Source: Pseudomonadota bacterium
Lineage (GTDB): Bacteria; Pseudomonadota; Alphaproteobacteria; Rhizobiales; Xanthobacteraceae
Length of the DNA stretch: 53,645 nucleotides
NCBI GenBank assembly: GCA_023390955.1
Contig: JAEWBW010000123.1
Location: 1 to 53,645, forward strand
Direction: 5' to 3'
Shown: positions 1 through 10,568 of the stretch, piece by piece
How positions within the stretch are numbered: the stretch's first letter is position 1
How the letters are laid out: the number at the start of each line of letters is the position of its first letter
Notes under the pieces: generated by a model
Told to the model about the DNA's origin: nothing
What the model saw: only the letters and a program-made list of their open reading frames with translations
The model's database searches: none
Position numbers and translations under genes: made by a program

Positions 1-156
1 GCGATGAAGGGCCTGACGCTGACGCCGGACAAGGCGCCGGGCATGCTGATGGAAGCGAGCTGGGACCAGAACGGCGACATCGACCGCGCCAGCTTCCTGG
101 CCGAGATCATCGACGGCAAGCAGAAGATCGTCGAGACGCTGCCGAAGCTGAAGTAG
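1..156 (+). CDS. 3' end of a probable ABC transporter substrate-binding protein (branched-chain amino acid type), partial
   Basis: Frame 1 reads AMKGLTLTPDKAPGMLMEASWDQNGDIDRASFLAEIIDGKQKIVETLPKLK* (TAG 154-156), resembling C-termini of LivJ-like binding proteins. Confidence 0.55.
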   Translation, partial: AMKGLTLTPDKAPGMLMEASWDQNGDIDRASFLAEIIDGKQKIVETLPKLK

Positions 157-271
157 AGCAAAGCGGTCCATGGCACCGGCAGGATCAAACCTGCCGGGCA
201 ATTTTTGCAGCGTGACGTGAATTGCGTGGTCCCGATTGCGCAAAACGCCTTGCAAATCAATCACGCGCCCA

Positions 272-287
272 TGGCACGCGGCTTGCT
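272..287 (+). promoter_or_regulatory. Sigma54 (RpoN) -24/-12 promoter
   Basis: TGGCAC-GCGGC-TTGCT matches TGGCAC-N5-TTGCW exactly, 32 bp before ATG 320. Confidence 0.8.
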
Positions 288-319
288 CGTGTTTCCCGTT
301 GTTTCAATGATGACAGGGA

Positions 320-847
320 ATGCGCGTGACGAGCGTGAGCTACACCGTTCCGCCGAACTGGACGGCGGGGACCGACAAGACCGGAGCCGGCAAGGGCAAG
401 AATCCGAACGACCCGAACATGGTGACGACAGGCGCTTACGGCCATGCTTTCGAGCTCCTGCTCGACACCACCACCAATGCCGACGGCACCACCAGCGAGA
501 CGCTGACCTACAAGAGCTACACCGGCAAGACCAACGGCTCGTTCTCGGCCACCGAGCAGACGGCAACCGGCAGTGACATCGATAGCGCCTATCACGCGCT
601 GCTGGCGACACTGCAGGCCAATGGCGAGATGACTGACGAGACGGCATCCGAGCTCAATGAGGCCATGGGCGAGCTCGACGCCAAATCGCAGGGCGGAACG
701 GTCGATGCCGGCGTGTCCGACGGCGCCATGCTGGTGCAGGCCGGTGGCCCCGTCTATTTCAACGGCATCTCGGCCTACCAGAACCGCTTCGTCGATGGTC
801 TCATCAACGAGCTGACGGCGCGGATGGAGCACGATTCGATGGCATGA
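320..847 (+). CDS. Hypothetical protein, 175 aa, Thr/Gly/Asp-rich
   Basis: ORF with GC3-rich codon usage directly downstream of the sigma54 promoter; no family recognised. Confidence 0.75.
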   Translation: MRVTSVSYTVPPNWTAGTDKTGAGKGKNPNDPNMVTTGAYGHAFELLLDTTTNADGTTSETLTYKSYTGKTNGSFSATEQTATGSDIDSAYHALLATLQANGEMTDETASELNEAMGELDAKSQGGTVDAGVSDGAMLVQAGGPVYFNGISAYQNRFVDGLINELTARMEHDSMA

Positions 848-860
848 GCCGCGTGGCGGC

Positions 861-1925
861 TCAAGCGACCTTCGCGAATTTCGTGATGACGTCCATGAAG
901 GGCTTCGGCTGAAGATCCGCATCGAGCGGCAGCGGCCGGTTCGGCAGCTTGTCACGCCGGGGCAGCGACTTGTGGATCCAGCTGTGCCGGTCCGTGATGC
1001 CCCAGGTCAGGATGGAGTTGAGCGGGCCGCTCGCCGAAATCGCGCTGAGCACGTCGTTGACGCGCTTCGCCACGATGGCGTCGCGCTGCGAGATATCGCC
1101 CGGCAATTGCTGGTCGATCACATCGAGCTCGGTGACGAGCACGTCGAGACCCCACGAGCGCAGCTCGCTGACGAAGGCGGCAAGACCGTCGGTGTCAACC
1201 TCGAGCTCGGCATGCAGATGGCACTGCAGCCCGACGGCGTGCAACGGCACGCCCTGGTCGAGCAGCTCCCGGATCAGGTGACGAAACGCGGCGCGCTTGG
1301 CGATGAAACTGTCCTTGACGGACTCGACGTCATATTCGTTGATCGCGAGCTTGATCGACGGATCGGCTTCGGCCGCGGTGCGGAAAGCCAGCGGGATCCA
1401 GCGATCGCCGAGCATTCTGGACCAGTAGCTGTCGCGCCGGTCGGTCGGCTTGCGCGCATTGTCGGGGATCGGCTCGTTGACCACGTCCCACGAGGTCAGC
1501 TTGTCCTTGTAGTAAGACACGACGGTCGCGATGTGTTCGACGAACACCTGCTCCGCGACCTTCGGATCCTTGATCGCCTTCACCCAGTCCGGAATGTCGT
1601 GATACCAGGCCAGCGTGTGGCCGCGCATGGTCAGGCCGTTCTGGCGCGCGAAATCATAGATCGCGTCGGCGCGCTCGAAGGTGAACTTGTCCGCGCTCGG
1701 CCGCAGCATCGGCCATTTCAGCTCGCACTCCGGCACGACCTGCGTGCAATATTGGCTGACCGCCTTGCCGAGCCCGGGATCAGCCTCGAGGTCCCAGAGA
1801 TTGAAGGCGGCGCCGTAACCGCTGCGCCGGCCGGCCGGCGTCGGTGACGTGCCCGCGCGCGCCGAACCCGCGACGAGGGCCGCGGCGCTGCCGAGCAGAA
1901 ATTCGCGTCTGTCGAGGGTGGACAC
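861..1925 (-). CDS. GH10 glycoside hydrolase (endo-1,4-beta-xylanase family), Tat-exported
   Basis: Twin-arginine signal DRREFLLG; GH10 motifs RGHTLAW, WDVVNEP, GLQCH, VTELDV, WGITD. Confidence 0.92.
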   Translation of the reverse strand: MSTLDRREFLLGSAAALVAGSARAGTSPTPAGRRSGYGAAFNLWDLEADPGLGKAVSQYCTQVVPECELKWPMLRPSADKFTFERADAIYDFARQNGLTMRGHTLAWYHDIPDWVKAIKDPKVAEQVFVEHIATVVSYYKDKLTSWDVVNEPIPDNARKPTDRRDSYWSRMLGDRWIPLAFRTAAEADPSIKLAINEYDVESVKDSFIAKRAAFRHLIRELLDQGVPLHAVGLQCHLHAELEVDTDGLAAFVSELRSWGLDVLVTELDVIDQQLPGDISQRDAIVAKRVNDVLSAISASGPLNSILTWGITDRHSWIHKSLPRRDKLPNRPLPLDADLQPKPFMDVITKFAKVA

Positions 1926-1938
1926 GGCCGGACCTCCC

Positions 1939-3060
1939 TTACCGCGCCTGCTGCTGGCGCTGCATCACCGCTTCCGCGATCCGGTAGTAATCCAGCGCCT
2001 GCTTCTCCAGCGTCAGATTGTCGACCACGTATTGGCGCGGCTGGAAGCTGCCCGCTTTCACCTGCGTCCAGAAGCCGGACCATTTCGATTCGAAGCCGGC
2101 GGCGTCGGTGAATTTCTCGCCGCAGCGGTCGTCCCAATAGGGCACCGAGGTGACGCCTTCGAACTTGACCCTGTGCGGATAAAATTTCGGATCGCGCCAC
2201 GGCCCGCCACGATCCCAGGCGAATACGGGCACGCCGCTTGACATGGCCTGCAGGCAGGCGATGCCCTGGCTCTCGTTCTGGCTGAGGAAGATCATGCTCC
2301 GGCAGCGGGCCAAAGCTGCGCGATAGTCTTCTTCCTTGTAGCTGCCGTAGCGAAACTCCTGAAACGTCAGGCCTTCGGCCTTCAACCGCGCGCGGATCGG
2401 CTCGAGCAGATCGGGCGCGAACTGATCGCGGTCCCACAGGATCTTGTCATAGAGCAGGACGTCGATGTCCTTCGGAGCGCTCGGCGAGGGCGCCCACGAA
2501 TCGGTATCGATCCCGACCGGCCAGGCGTCGATGTTCGGCCAGCCCGGCCGGCACATGTCGGCGTACCATTGGCAGGGAACGACGACGTGCTTCACCGGAT
2601 AGCGCGTCAGCAGATCCGGCGCGTCGAGCGGATGATCGAAGCCGGCAACGCCGAGCAGGATCGGATTCTTCCAGTCGATCCAGTCGAGCACGAAGGTGCG
2701 CCCGATGACGCAGGCGAGCTCGTCGGGATGCTTGCTGATGTGGCGGTAGTCGTTGACGCGGTAGCGGATGCCGAGCCGGTCGAGGCCCGCGCAGAGATTG
2801 AGGAAGACGCGCTGCTGCCCGTTGATCCAGGGCTTGCCGAGCAGGAGGCGCCGCGCCAGCGTGCGCAGGTGCCGATCACCCCTAAACCAGCGGTCGTCCT
2901 TCTCCTCGAAGAACAGGTTGAGCACCATGCGCTCGTCGCGCGCGCCGTCGTCATGCCGCGTCGGCGCGGCCGCACTCATCGCCCGGTTCGTCTCGCGAGA
3001 GAGACCATCGGCCATGCGCAATTCCGCTCCGGCTCGTTCAACGATTTCCATCTGAATCAA
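1939..3060 (-). CDS. Glycosyltransferase (GT-B fold); start codon uncertain
   Basis: C-terminal ESQGIACLQAMSSGVPV resembles the GT4 nucleotide-sugar binding motif; lies next to flippase. Confidence 0.7.
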   Translation of the reverse strand: MIQMEIVERAGAELRMADGLSRETNRAMSAAAPTRHDDGARDERMVLNLFFEEKDDRWFRGDRHLRTLARRLLLGKPWINGQQRVFLNLCAGLDRLGIRYRVNDYRHISKHPDELACVIGRTFVLDWIDWKNPILLGVAGFDHPLDAPDLLTRYPVKHVVVPCQWYADMCRPGWPNIDAWPVGIDTDSWAPSPSAPKDIDVLLYDKILWDRDQFAPDLLEPIRARLKAEGLTFQEFRYGSYKEEDYRAALARCRSMIFLSQNESQGIACLQAMSSGVPVFAWDRGGPWRDPKFYPHRVKFEGVTSVPYWDDRCGEKFTDAAGFESKWSGFWTQVKAGSFQPRQYVVDNLTLEKQALDYYRIAEAVMQRQQQAR

Positions 3061-3336
3061 AGTCCATGCGTTTCACGCACGGTTCTAGCGCGAAGCTTTA
3101 AACCATTCCCTCACTTGGATGATTGCAGCGGCTACTTCAAGGCGACCGCAAATTTAACGCTAACTTGCGAAACCCTCTTCAATGCCGCCTTTGTGAGGAA
3201 ACGCCGACCGCTTTGTCAGTGCATCTGCGCTATTGCTGCGGTGCTGCCGACAGGGCGGCGCAAACCGGCGCCATTTGCTTAACGAAGCGTTAAAACGCCT
3301 GGCCAGGAATGTCTGGCCGAAAACCGCTTGGCTCGC

Positions 3337-4770
3337 ATGCTGAACCGCCATTTCTCGATCTATCTCGCGGCCCACATCTTCCCCGCAGCCGTCGGCTTCG
3401 GCGCGATCACGATGTATACGCGGCTGCTCAGCCCGGCGGAGTACGGCGTCTATGTCGTCGGCCTCAGCATCGCCGGCATTCTCGGCGCGACCTTCTTCGG
3501 CTGGATCAGGCTCTCGGTCTCCCGCTACCAGGCGATGTCGCCCGACGTGGATTTCCGCGGCACGGCGATGGTCGCCTTCGCCATCACCATCGCGGTGCTG
3601 TGTGCGGCGTCGCCGCTGGTGTTCCTGTTCCGCGACGTCAGCGTGGAGTTGCTGCTCGCCAGCATGTTCGTCGCGATCATGATGACCGCGGTCGACGTCG
3701 GACAGGAGTTCGAGCGCGCAAAATTGCGGCCTTGGCGCTTTGCGGCGATCGCGGTCGTCCGCAGCCTGTCAGCCGTCGGCTTCGGCCTGCTCGCGATCTA
3801 TCTCGGCTGGGGAGGGCTCGGGCTGCTCGGCGCCTTCGGGCTGGCGTCGCTCGCCGGCGTCGTCCTCAACATCGTCGGCGACAACAGCAAGATCGCACGC
3901 TGGCAGCGCGACCAGCTCGTGCAGCTTGCCCGCTATGGCCTGCCGCTCGCGATCGGCGGGCTGTCGGTCGCGGTTTATTCGATGTGCGACCGGCTGATCG
4001 TCGCTTATCTGCTCGGCAAGGATGCCGCCGGCATCTTCGGCGTCGCCGCCGATCTGCCGCGGCAATTCCTGGTCATGCTGGCATCGAGCGTGGCGGCCGC
4101 GACCGTGCCGCTGGCTTTCCGTTCGCTCAATGACGGCGGCCCGACTGCAACGCGCGAGCGGCTGAACGAGGGCCTCGAGCTGCTGCTCGTCGTCGTGCTG
4201 CCGGTTGCGGTGTGGCTCGCGCTTGCCGCCGACCAGGTCGCGGGGACGCTGGTCGGCGTCGATTTCCGCGCCGGTGTGGCGGCCCTTCTGCCCACGCTGG
4301 TCGTCGCGCGCTTTCTCGGTGTCGCCAACCAGTTCTACGTTCAGATCAGTTTCCAGCTCGCCGAGCGTCCTTTCCTGCTCGCCGCGCAATCGTTCTGCAC
4401 GCTGGTCTTGAGCATCATCCTGATGTTCGCGCTGATCTCCAGCTTCGGAATCTATGGCGCCGCACTGGCGACCCTTGCCACCGAAGCGATCGGCATCGTG
4501 GTTGCGCTGGCGCTGACCCGCCGCGCCCATGTGCTGCCGTTCGATCTCAATCGCCTCGGCGCCGTCTTCGCCGCGGCGGCCATCATGGCGGCGGCCATTC
4601 TCGCGGCCCGGTCGCAGGTCGCGGGCACCGGCCTCGTCGCGCTGATCGTGGTGAGCATGGCGGGCGGAATTGCCTATGCGGCCACGGCCTTCCTGCTCAA
4701 CGTCGCCAATGTCAGGACCCTGTCGGGCCGCCTGTTGCGGAGCCTGAACAGGAAGGCGCTGGGCGTCTAG
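3337..4770 (+). CDS. Wzx-type oligosaccharide flippase / polysaccharide biosynthesis protein
   Basis: Many TM helices; YTRLLSPAEYGVY, DRLIVAYLLG, FGIYGAALAT motifs. Confidence 0.88.
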   Translation: MLNRHFSIYLAAHIFPAAVGFGAITMYTRLLSPAEYGVYVVGLSIAGILGATFFGWIRLSVSRYQAMSPDVDFRGTAMVAFAITIAVLCAASPLVFLFRDVSVELLLASMFVAIMMTAVDVGQEFERAKLRPWRFAAIAVVRSLSAVGFGLLAIYLGWGGLGLLGAFGLASLAGVVLNIVGDNSKIARWQRDQLVQLARYGLPLAIGGLSVAVYSMCDRLIVAYLLGKDAAGIFGVAADLPRQFLVMLASSVAAATVPLAFRSLNDGGPTATRERLNEGLELLLVVVLPVAVWLALAADQVAGTLVGVDFRAGVAALLPTLVVARFLGVANQFYVQISFQLAERPFLLAAQSFCTLVLSIILMFALISSFGIYGAALATLATEAIGIVVALALTRRAHVLPFDLNRLGAVFAAAAIMAAAILAARSQVAGTGLVALIVVSMAGGIAYAATAFLLNVANVRTLSGRLLRSLNRKALGV

Positions 4771-4994
4771 CGCACAACTTTCCGTATCTCCGCGGCGATC
4801 CTGCCTCGTGCCCAGGTTGTTTTCCTAGCCTGACACTCTCCTCCGGAAAATTTGAACGCTCTACCACAGCGCGCGAAGTGCCGCAGCCTCAATCCATTCT
4901 TGTCGGGTCAGGTGATATCACCTATGGTTGCGTCGGGGCCGGCTCGCACTGCTGACATTCAGTCGGCGGCATTTTCCGGCACGGAGCGGGAGCC

Positions 4995-7900
4995 ATGCTG
5001 GGGATGACCGCGTCTTTATCAAGGTTTCATGACAGATTGCTGGTGAGCGCGATTGCGCTCGCGGCGTTCGCGGTGGCGAACACCGGTGTCGCGAACGCGG
5101 CGATATGCGACGGGCGGCGCACCATGCATGCCGACGTCGTGGCCTTCGATCAGCCGATGATGATCAACCGGCTCGGGACCGTCCGGCCGCAGGGCATGAT
5201 CTACGCGCTGCGCCGCGATGTGGTGGCGATCGACCCGGCGCAGGGCATGGTGCCCGGCAATGTCCAGCTTCGTGCCGACAAGCGGCCGCGTCCGCTGGTG
5301 CTGCGCGTCAATGCCGGCGATTGCCTCAAGATCGATTTCAGGAATTTGCTTGCGCGCACGCCGAAGAGCCTGCAGCAGCCGGTGACCCGCACCGCGTCCA
5401 TTCACGTCAGCGGCCTCGAGCCCGCAACTGGAATCACCGATGACGGGTTCGACGCCGGCGCCAATGCGAGCGGCCAGGTCGAGCCCGGCGGATCCCGCAC
5501 CTATACATTATATGCGCCCGCCGAGGGCACCTACCTGATGTACAGCCCGGCCGGCGATTTCAACGGCTTTGGCACCACCCAGCAGATGTCGGGGCTGTTC
5601 GGCGCAGTGAACGTCCAGCCGAAGGGCGCGGAGTGGTACCGCAGCCAGGTCTCCAACGCCGATCTCATGCAGGCGACCAACGGATTTCGCAACGGACAGC
5701 CGCTCGTCAATTACGAGGCGCGCTACCGCGACGGCCCGCGGCGCGGCCAACCCATCCTGGGCATGACCGACGGCGACGAGATCGTCGCCTCCGATCTCAC
5801 CGCGCTCATCACCGGCCCGAAGCACGGCCGCTTCGCCAAGGGCAGCCGGCCGACCGCCAATCCGACGCTGCTGCCGGACCGCGAAGCGCCGTTCCGCGAG
5901 ATCACCTCGATCTATTCGGAATCGCTCGATCTGGTGCAAGCCTTCCCGGATTACTACACCACGCCCGGCACCAACCTCGTGGTCAGCGGCGGCGGCGATG
6001 GCTTCGCGATCAATTACGGCGCCTCCGGCATCGTCAACGAGATCCTCGCCAACCGGCTCAAGATCGGCCCCGCCGCCGATTGTCCGGAATGCAAGTTCGA
6101 GGAGTTCTTCCTGAGCTCGTGGCCGGGCGGCGATCCTGGCATCGTCGTGGACATTCCCCCCAATCTGAACTGCGCCGCCAACTGGCTGTCGAACATCGCG
6201 ACCTCGGGTGCCGGAAGCTCGCCCGGTACGGTCTCGACATCTGATTGGGGCACCGGCAATTGCAAGACGGCGGAGGCGCCGCGCATCAAGCCGACCAAGG
6301 CGTTCTATCCGGATGATCCGTCGAACGTCTATCACGCGTATCTTGGCGACCACACCATCTTCCGCGTGCTGCATGCCGGTGCGTCGGTGCACCACGTGCA
6401 TCACCATCACGCCCATCAATGGCTGTTCGCGCCCGATCAGCCCGGCAGCTCCTATCTCGACAGCCAGGCCATCGGTCCGGGTTCGACCTTCTCGATGGAG
6501 CTCGTCTACAACGGGGCCGGCAATCAGAACCTGACTGCCGGCGACTCGATCTTCCACTGCCATTTCTATCCGCATTTCGCCTCGGGCATGTGGGCGCTGT
6601 TCCGTGTCCATGACACGCTGGAGCTCGGCACCGAGCTCGATGCTGACGGCCGGCCGAAGCCCGGCAGCCGCGCGCTGCCCGATCCGGAGATCGCGACCGG
6701 CACGCCGACGCCGGCTGTGGTGCCGCTGCCGACCTATGCCCAGGCGCCGGTGCCTGCGCCGGTCGAGATCGCGAACGGCCAGGTGCACTTCGCCAAGAAG
6801 CCCGAGCGCAATCCCGGTTATCCCTTCTTCGTGCCCGGGCTCGCGGGCCATCGCGCACCGCATCCGCCGCTCGCCTTCGCGCGCGACAAGGACCTCGTGC
6901 TCGACGGCGGCCTGCCGCGCCACATCGTGCTCGGCGGCCGCGTCAAGACTGAGGTGCACAGCCAGACCGACTACACCAAGAACCTCGATCGCATCGACGC
7001 GTTGCGGTTGCCTGAGGAGGGCACCGTCGTCGAGCAGCTCGCGATGAAGGCGCATGAGCAGCGCCTGCATCGCGGCATCACGCCGGAAGGCACGGCGGCC
7101 GACTTCGTCGAGACCGGTGCGCCGCGCGCGTCGGGGGCGCCGTTCGCCAACCCGACGCCGCCGGACCAGAAGGATGCAAAGCGGCGTCTCTACAAAGGCG
7201 CCGACGTGCAGATCGACACGGTCTTCAATAAGGCGGGCTGGCACTATCCGCAGCAGCGCATGATGGCGCTGTGGCAGGACGTCAAATCGCTGATCGACGG
7301 CACCAAGCCGCCGGAGCCGCTGTTCGTGCGCGCCAACAATGGCGAGACGGTGGAGTATTGGCAGACCAATCTGGTGCCGTCCTATTACGAGCTCGACGAC
7401 TACCAGGTGCGCACGCCGACCGACATCATCGGCCAGCACATCCATCTCGTGAAGTTCGACGTGCTCGCGGCCGATGGCGCTGCCAACGGCTTCAACTACG
7501 AGGACGGCACGTTCAGCCCGCAGGAGGTGCGTGACCGCATCAACGCGATCAACCAGGCCGGCGGCATGTGTGAGCCGGCACCGGGCATGATCGACATCCC
7601 GTCGGTTTGTCCGCCCGGCTCGCAGCGCAAGTCGAAGACCGCCATTTCGATACCCGCGCTCGGCGACGGTCCGGACCAGGAATGGCGCGGCGCCCAGGCC
7701 ACCGTGCGGCTCTGGTATGTCGATCCTCTGAAGGACCTGCCGCGCGAGCGGTCCTACATGACCGTGTTCACGCACGACCATTTCTCACCCTCGACGCATC
7801 AGGAGGCCGGGCTCTACGGCGGCGTGCTGATCGAGCCGAAGGGATCGACCTGGACGACGCCCGCTGGCGCGCCGCTCGGGCAGGGACGCGATGATGGCGG

Positions 7901-10568
7901 CCCCACCAGCTATGCCGCGAACATCCTGCCGCCGGCCGACAGCGCCGAGAAGAGCTACCGCGAATTCGCGCTGGCCTGGTCCGATACGCAACTGGTCTAC
8001 GGCAACGCGAGCAAGCCACGGCCCGATTGCTATCCGACAGAACCCCGCGCGCCGGGATGTGTCACCCCGGCCAAGGCCTATACCGGCTGGATGGATTCAC
8101 CGAACGCGATCAACCCGGCCAGCAACGCGGCCGGCGTGCAGCCGCTGGTGATCGCCGATTTCGGATCCGGCACCTTCTCGATGAACTACCGCAACGAGCC
8201 GCTGCCGCTGCGCCTCAACAATCCGAACCCGTCCAATTCGCAGGCCGGCGATGCCGCCTGGTCCTACGCTTCCATTCCCGGCCGCAATGCGCAGTTCTCG
8301 GTGCAGCCGAAATATGGCAGCAAGATCAACCCGGCCTGCACCGACACATCCTGCTTCATCTTCCCGAAGACGTCGATCAGCAGCGGTGTCATGAACAATG
8401 AAGATCCCTACACGCCGCTGTTGAGTGTCTATCCGCAGGATCCCGTGCAGATCCGTCTGCTGTCGGGCGGCTTCACCACCATGCACGATGTCATCACGCA
8501 TGGTCTCCCTTGGAAATTCGAGCCCTACAATCCGAACTCGGGATGGCGCGAGAGCCAGCTCGCTTTGCTGAGCGAGCATTTCGAGCTGCACGTCACGCCG
8601 CCGCGCGCCGGCGACTATCTCTATTCGACCAGCGCCTCCTATGAGGGCATGAGCAACGGTCTGTGGGGCTTGCTGCGCGCCGCCGACAAGCAGACCCCCG
8701 ATCTGAAGCCGCTGCCGTCCAACCCGACGCCGGCGAGCCTGCCGTTCACGCCGCCCCAGGTCTCCGACCAGTGCAGCGGCGGCGTCCCGTGCCTGCGCAA
8801 GTTCGGCGTCACCGCGCTCACCATCGGGCAGGCGCTCGGCAAGGGCGCGGCGCTCACCTACAATGGCCGCGGACTGACCCTGAGCACGGGTTTCGCCACC
8901 AACGAAGTGCTCAACGATCCCATGGCGATCATCTATGTCCGCAATGAAGATCTCTGCGCGCCGAATTCGTCCGACTGCGTCACGGGTGGCATGCTCAAGC
9001 GCGGCATCACGGTCGAACCCTTGGTGCTGCGTGTCGCGGCCGGCGACGTCGTGCAGGTCACGCTGACCAATGCCGTCGACACGACGGCGGCGACCTTCAC
9101 GACCGCTATCTCCGGCGCGCGCGTCGGCGTGCCCTATTCGAATCCCTATGCCGGCATCAATCTCAAGCCGTCCACGAATGTCGGCCTGCATCCGCAGCTG
9201 CTGGCGCAGGACGTCACCGCCAGCAACGGCATCAATGTCGGCAACAACCCGGTCAGCACCGTCAAGCCGACCGAGAGCGGGACCTACACCTGGTACGCAG
9301 GAACGCTGGAGGCCGTCCCCGGTGGCCCGCCGAAGGCAACGCCGGTCGAATTTGGCGTGCTCAATCTCATGCCCGCCGATCCGCTCAATCATCCCTATCG
9401 CGGATTGTTCGGCGGTCTCGTCGTCGAGCCGGCCGGTTCGACCTTCGTCGAGGATCCCGCCAGCCACATGTCGGCCACGGTGTTTCCAAAGAACGGCGCG
9501 CCATTCCGCGAGTTCGTCGCGATCGGGCAGGACGACGTCGACATCCTGCTCAACGGAAAGTCCAACTACGCCGCCGGCAATGCGCTGTCGGCGGTGAACT
9601 ACCGGACTGAGCCCGCGATCTACCGGTTCGGCCAGTTGCTCGAGAATTTTCCAAATGCGCTCGGCCCGATCCAGGATTGGTCCAACCTGACCTTCACGCC
9701 GGCGACGCCGGGCGTTCCGCCGTCGGGAGATCTGGTGACGCTCGGCGGCGTCAACTGGGCCGGCGTCAAGACCGGGCCCTATATCTCGAACGAACTGGTC
9801 GGTGGCGATCCCGAGACGCCGATCTTCCGCGCACCCGCCGGCATGCCGGCGCGCTTCCGGCTGCTGCACGCCGGCGGCAACGGCGACAATCAGCAGGTGT
9901 TCGAGATCTCCGGGCACAGTTGGCAGGCCGAGCCCTATGTCAACAACTCGACCGCGATCGGCGACAACAAGACCTCGCCCATCGTCGCCGTCACCAACGG
10001 CTTTGGCGCGACATCGCATTTCGATGTCGTGATCCCGTCGTCCGGTGGCGCGGGCAGGGTGCCCGGTGATTACGTCTATCGTTCCTGGACGGCCGATCAA
10101 TTCCAGGTCGGTTTCTGGGGACTGTTCCGCGTCGCGCCGACGCTCGGCCCGGTCGCCGACCGCTTCCCGGACACCGTGGCCATCACTGGCGTCGACGCAG
10201 GCGACGGTGGCAAGTTCACCGTGTCAGGCTACGTCACCGTCCGCCCTGCGCAGGCGGAGAAGGACCGCGTCTCCGCGCGGGAGCTTCGCTTGCGGGTTGA
10301 CGGCAAGGCGACGGGCGTTCGGGTCGACCCCGATGGCCGCTGGTCCACGACGCTGAATGCCGCACCGAATGCCGTCGAGGTGATGTCGCCGTTCGGCGGT
10401 GTCGCGAAGTGGGAGCGTCCGGCTGACAGGACCGTCGCCGCCAAGGCGATGGCCGATGTGGCCGCCGTCCGCGTGCTTGCGGCGCAGCCTGCAGCCATCG
10501 CTCCGCTACCGCCTCCGCCGCCCCGTGCCCGAATCTTCAACCGGCGACATGTCGGATTGTTGAAATGA
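4995..10568 (+). CDS. Giant multi-cupredoxin multicopper oxidase (MnxG-like), secreted
   Basis: Sec-type signal ending ANA; RPRPLVLRVN, copper motifs HHVHHHHAHQW, FHCHFYPHFASGMW, GQHIHLVKFD, FTHDHFSPSTHQ; 1857 aa. Confidence 0.88.
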   Translation: MLGMTASLSRFHDRLLVSAIALAAFAVANTGVANAAICDGRRTMHADVVAFDQPMMINRLGTVRPQGMIYALRRDVVAIDPAQGMVPGNVQLRADKRPRPLVLRVNAGDCLKIDFRNLLARTPKSLQQPVTRTASIHVSGLEPATGITDDGFDAGANASGQVEPGGSRTYTLYAPAEGTYLMYSPAGDFNGFGTTQQMSGLFGAVNVQPKGAEWYRSQVSNADLMQATNGFRNGQPLVNYEARYRDGPRRGQPILGMTDGDEIVASDLTALITGPKHGRFAKGSRPTANPTLLPDREAPFREITSIYSESLDLVQAFPDYYTTPGTNLVVSGGGDGFAINYGASGIVNEILANRLKIGPAADCPECKFEEFFLSSWPGGDPGIVVDIPPNLNCAANWLSNIATSGAGSSPGTVSTSDWGTGNCKTAEAPRIKPTKAFYPDDPSNVYHAYLGDHTIFRVLHAGASVHHVHHHHAHQWLFAPDQPGSSYLDSQAIGPGSTFSMELVYNGAGNQNLTAGDSIFHCHFYPHFASGMWALFRVHDTLELGTELDADGRPKPGSRALPDPEIATGTPTPAVVPLPTYAQAPVPAPVEIANGQVHFAKKPERNPGYPFFVPGLAGHRAPHPPLAFARDKDLVLDGGLPRHIVLGGRVKTEVHSQTDYTKNLDRIDALRLPEEGTVVEQLAMKAHEQRLHRGITPEGTAADFVETGAPRASGAPFANPTPPDQKDAKRRLYKGADVQIDTVFNKAGWHYPQQRMMALWQDVKSLIDGTKPPEPLFVRANNGETVEYWQTNLVPSYYELDDYQVRTPTDIIGQHIHLVKFDVLAADGAANGFNYEDGTFSPQEVRDRINAINQAGGMCEPAPGMIDIPSVCPPGSQRKSKTAISIPALGDGPDQEWRGAQATVRLWYVDPLKDLPRERSYMTVFTHDHFSPSTHQEAGLYGGVLIEPKGSTWTTPAGAPLGQGRDDGGPTSYAANILPPADSAEKSYREFALAWSDTQLVYGNASKPRPDCYPTEPRAPGCVTPAKAYTGWMDSPNAINPASNAAGVQPLVIADFGSGTFSMNYRNEPLPLRLNNPNPSNSQAGDAAWSYASIPGRNAQFSVQPKYGSKINPACTDTSCFIFPKTSISSGVMNNEDPYTPLLSVYPQDPVQIRLLSGGFTTMHDVITHGLPWKFEPYNPNSGWRESQLALLSEHFELHVTPPRAGDYLYSTSASYEGMSNGLWGLLRAADKQTPDLKPLPSNPTPASLPFTPPQVSDQCSGGVPCLRKFGVTALTIGQALGKGAALTYNGRGLTLSTGFATNEVLNDPMAIIYVRNEDLCAPNSSDCVTGGMLKRGITVEPLVLRVAAGDVVQVTLTNAVDTTAATFTTAISGARVGVPYSNPYAGINLKPSTNVGLHPQLLAQDVTASNGINVGNNPVSTVKPTESGTYTWYAGTLEAVPGGPPKATPVEFGVLNLMPADPLNHPYRGLFGGLVVEPAGSTFVEDPASHMSATVFPKNGAPFREFVAIGQDDVDILLNGKSNYAAGNALSAVNYRTEPAIYRFGQLLENFPNALGPIQDWSNLTFTPATPGVPPSGDLVTLGGVNWAGVKTGPYISNELVGGDPETPIFRAPAGMPARFRLLHAGGNGDNQQVFEISGHSWQAEPYVNNSTAIGDNKTSPIVAVTNGFGATSHFDVVIPSSGGAGRVPGDYVYRSWTADQFQVGFWGLFRVAPTLGPVADRFPDTVAITGVDAGDGGKFTVSGYVTVRPAQAEKDRVSARELRLRVDGKATGVRVDPDGRWSTTLNAAPNAVEVMSPFGGVAKWERPADRTVAAKAMADVAAVRVLAAQPAAIAPLPPPPPRARIFNRRHVGLLK

